A DNA stretch of 10,612 nt from Octopus sinensis. Taxonomy: Eukaryota. Positions 7,836 through 10,612 of the stretch are shown in pieces (the first letter of the stretch is position 1; each line of letters starts with the position of its first letter). Below the pieces are notes generated by a model, which was not told the origin of the DNA, did no database searches, and worked only from the letters and a program-made list of their open reading frames with translations. The stretch is taken from positions 1 through 10,612 of the forward strand of contig NW_021827330.1 in the NCBI RefSeq assembly GCF_006345805.1. The letters run 5' to 3'. The position numbers were made by a program, and so were the translations under genes.

Positions 7836-7943
7836 AAATTCCACCGAGGTCGACTTTACCTTTCATCCTTTCGGGGTCGAAAAATTAAGTACCAGTGAAA
7901 CACTAGGGTCGATCTAATCGGCTAGTCCCCTCCCCCAGAAAGG
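7835..7943 (+). mobile_element. Fourth partial SINE family B unit
   Basis: 7835-7880 is identical to 7671-7716 over 46 nt, and continues to tcccctccccc. Confidence 0.85.
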
Positions 7944-8211
7944 TTCTTGCCGTTGGTGTCGAGCTGTCGTTGTTGGTATTGATCATGATGGCGGCGGTGT
8001 TGTAGATGACGGTTTGCAGCTGTTGTTTTCGGTGATGATGGTCATGGTGTCGTTGATGTCGTTCTTAGTTCTTGTGTTGATGATGATGATGATGATGATG
8101 TGTATCGTACTGTCCATGTTGGTGATGATGGTGACGATGACAGAAGTGTCGGTGGTGGAGTTGTGCTGTTTATGTTGATGGTGATGGATGGTGATGGTAA
8201 TGTTGTTGGCG

Positions 8212-8264
<53 letters not shown>

Positions 8265-8345
8265 GGTGGTGGTGGTGGTGTTAGTGGTGGTGGGGTGGTT
8301 GTGATGGGGGTGATGGTGGTGTGTTTCTGATGTTGTGGTTGGTGG
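7944..8345. repeat. G/T-rich triplet low complexity including (GAT)7, (GTT)13 and (GGT)10
   Basis: GAT 8079-8099, GTT 8211-8249, GGT 8250-8279. Confidence 0.9.
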
Positions 8346-8452
8346 TTTTGCTTTTGTTGGTTTTATTTCTTTGCGGCTTCTTTCTTTCTTTCTTTTTTAC
8401 TTTGTTTTTCCTTTCCGTCATTTTTTCTTACCATCAGCACTACCAGTGCCGA

Positions 8453-9410
8453 CTTCTTCTTCTTCTTCTTCTTCTTCTTTCTTCTTCTCTCTTCTCTTCT
8501 TCGTCTTCTTCTTCTTTCTTCTTCTTTCTTCTTCTTCTTCTTCTTCTTCTCTCTTCTTCTCTTCTTTCTTTCCTCTTCTTTTTTCTTCTTCTCTTTCTTC
8601 TCTTTTTTTTCCTCTTTTTTCTCCTCCTTCTTTCTTCTTCCTTCTTCTTCTTTCTTCTTCTTTCTTCTTTTCTGCTTCTCTTCTTCTTCTTTTCTTCCTT
8701 TTCTTCTTCTTTTCTTCTTCTTCTCTCTCTCTTTTTTCTTCTTTTCTTCTTCTTCTCTTTCTGTTCTTCTTCTTTCTTCTTTCTTCTTTTTCTTCTTTTC
8801 TTCTCTTCTTCTTCTCTCTTTCTTTCTTCTTCTTTCTTCTTCTTCTTCTTTCTTCTTCTCTTTCTTTCTTCTTCTTCTTCTTCTCTCCTTCTTCTTTCTT
8901 TTTGTTCTTCTTGTTCCTTCTTTTCTTATTTTTTCTTTCCTTCTTTTTTCTTTTTTTTCTTCTTTTTCTTGGTGTTTTTCCTTCTTCTTTCTTTTCCTTC
9001 TTTTGTTCTTTTGTTCTAGTTGTTCTTCTTCTGTTCTCCCTCCCTTCTCTTCCTCCTTCTCTTCTTCTGTTTCTCCTCCTCTTCCTCCTTCCTTCTTTCT
9101 TCTTCTTCTTCTTTCTTCTTCTTCTTCTTCTTCTTCTTCCTTTCTCTTTCTTTCTCTTCCTCCTCCTTCCTTCTTCTTCTTCTTTCTTCTTCTTCTTTTG
9201 TTGTTGTTTGTTCTTTTCCTTTCTCCCTTCCCCTCTCTTCTTTTTCTTCTTTTCCTTCTTTTTCTTGTTTTTCCTTTCCTCTTCTTGTCTTCTCTTTCTT
9301 TCCTTCTCTTCCTTTCTTTTGTCCTTCTCTTTCCCTCTCCTTTAGTTTTTGTTGTTCTGTTTCTTTGTCTTCTTCGCCAGCTCGCCCCTTCCTCTTCCTC
9401 CTCTTCCTAC
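8453..9410. repeat. Degenerate (TTC)n polypyrimidine tract
   Basis: Only two A residues (8928, 9018) in 8453-9343, which explains the long stop-free F/S/L ORFs. Confidence 0.95.
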
Positions 9411-9552
9411 CCTCCTACATGGAACTCTAACATCTCAGACAGTAACAACAGAACAGCTAGCATGAAATGGTTAACTCTCAGAATCGGTGATGGCGGAGGT
9501 GTTATAAAGTGGTGCTGTTTATTGGTAATGTGGCAGTATTAGCAGTGAAGCG

Positions 9553-9613
9553 TGGTGGTGGTGATGGTGGTAGTTGTAGTAGTGTTAGTAGCAGCAACAG
9601 TAACTGCAGCAGC

Positions 9614-9672
<59 letters not shown>

Positions 9673-9783
9673 TATTAGTAGTGGTGGTGGTGGTGGTGGT
9701 GGTGGTGGTAGTGGTGGTAGTGGTGGTGGTGGTGGTGGTGGTGGTAGTGGTTTCATATTTGTTGTTGTTGTTGTTGCTGCTGT
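9553..9783. repeat. Compound GGT-AGC-AGT-GGT-GTT microsatellite
   Basis: Seen directly. Accounts for the poly-S/G, poly-V and poly-P/L ORFs. Confidence 0.95.
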
Positions 9784-10086
9784 TGTGTTGCTGTTCGACT
9801 CAGGCCAACTTATATCAAGGAAAACGATGACTAAAAAGCAATCCTGTCGTGACCACTTCGTCCTTTTCTTATGTGCATGGAACATACGACGACGTTATCC
9901 AACGCTTCCATTTCTAAGTCTTCAGAGTGTGTTATTTAGGGAAGATTTAACTGCGATTTCAGCAAAGATAGAGACCCATCGTAGATACCCCTTCTATGTA
10001 CTATGTACTATCACAACCTCTCAGCAATAAAGGCTGCGATAGTAGCTGCGGTAGTAGTGATATTGGTGGTATCGATTTGTTGCTAG

Positions 10087-10160
10087 TGTTGTTGTTTAGC
10101 CCTAGGTTAGCTCGGATCGAGCAGACCTATGATCAAAGATATTGCATCTATGACCATTTT
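10087..10160 (-). mobile_element. Probable 3' end of a third retroposon family with an (AAC)n tail
   Basis: Minus strand ends ...gatcataggtctgctcgatccgagctaacctagggctaaacaacaac. Single copy here; recognised only from memory of octopus repeats. Confidence 0.4.
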
Positions 10161-10310
10161 GCCTTTATCCTAGATCTAGATATATATGACTGTATTACAC
10201 AAAGCGTTCTTTCCTGTAGACAGTCGGGCTTAATTGGAGGCAGGTGCGGCTGCTATTTCAGTGACCATATCGAGGGATCCTTCGCTAGCCTACGGATGTA
10301 TTACGGGTGG

Positions 10311-10447
10311 TGAAGAGGATAGTAAAAACAACGACAACACTGATGATGATAATAGTGACAACGACGACGGCGACGATGATGATGATGATAATGATGGTGA
10401 TGATGATAACGATGACGATGATTGTCATGAGGATGTTGGCCATGATA

Positions 10448-10478
<31 letters not shown>

Positions 10479-10520
10479 CGAGGATAACGACGACGATGGT
10501 CATTAGGATGTTGGCCATGA

Positions 10521-10554
<34 letters not shown>

Positions 10555-10612
10555 GGTGGTGGCGGTTGTGGTAGTGGTAGTGGTGGTAGTTCTGGTGGGG
10601 GGGATGGCTATG
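10311..10612. repeat. (GAT/GAC)n then (GGT)n compound microsatellite with an internal 23-nt duplication
   Basis: Seen directly; 10424-10446 matches 10499-10521 at 22/23. Confidence 0.9.

Noticed and set aside
7283-7943. Regularly recurring ~50-nt blocks that could suggest a CRISPR array
   Set aside because: The sequence between blocks is also repeated and homologous to dispersed SINE copies; the context is eukaryotic with no cas genes.
8321-9542. Long ORFs of 136-336 aa that look like hydrophobic membrane proteins
   Set aside because: The tract has almost no A, so stop codons cannot occur on the plus strand; the composition is F/S/L only.
9790-10086. Unique-looking sequence crossed by ORF 9509-10030
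   Set aside because: The ORF is mostly microsatellite-derived, and the unique part shows no recognisable motif or exon boundaries.

Overview
AT-rich, microsatellite-dense eukaryotic non-coding DNA (intronic or intergenic). The repeat families and simple-repeat load look like an octopus/cephalopod genome, which is my recognition from memory and not a search result. I see no intact protein-coding gene. Almost all tracked ORFs are microsatellite read-throughs; 4753-4953, 4987-5295 and 5579-5803 are pieces of one decayed retrotransposon ORF. The main structure is a nest at 2621-6414 in which every internal junction except 2780/2781 is an (AAT)n tract. It holds two independent plus-strand copies of a restriction-like-endonuclease (RLE) non-LTR retrotransposon, best fitting the R4/Dong clade (a 2.2 kb RT-CCHC-RLE pseudogene and a 0.3 kb 3' stub), plus four copies of a tRNA-derived SINE. 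The window also has a rearranged tandem SINE array with an internal inversion (7233-7943), a second SINE family (1909-2066), a ~0.9 kb nearly A-free TTC-rich tract, and a possible 16-nt minus-strand microexon (253-268). I do not see a clearly novel biological system; the best leads concern TE/microsatellite interplay.
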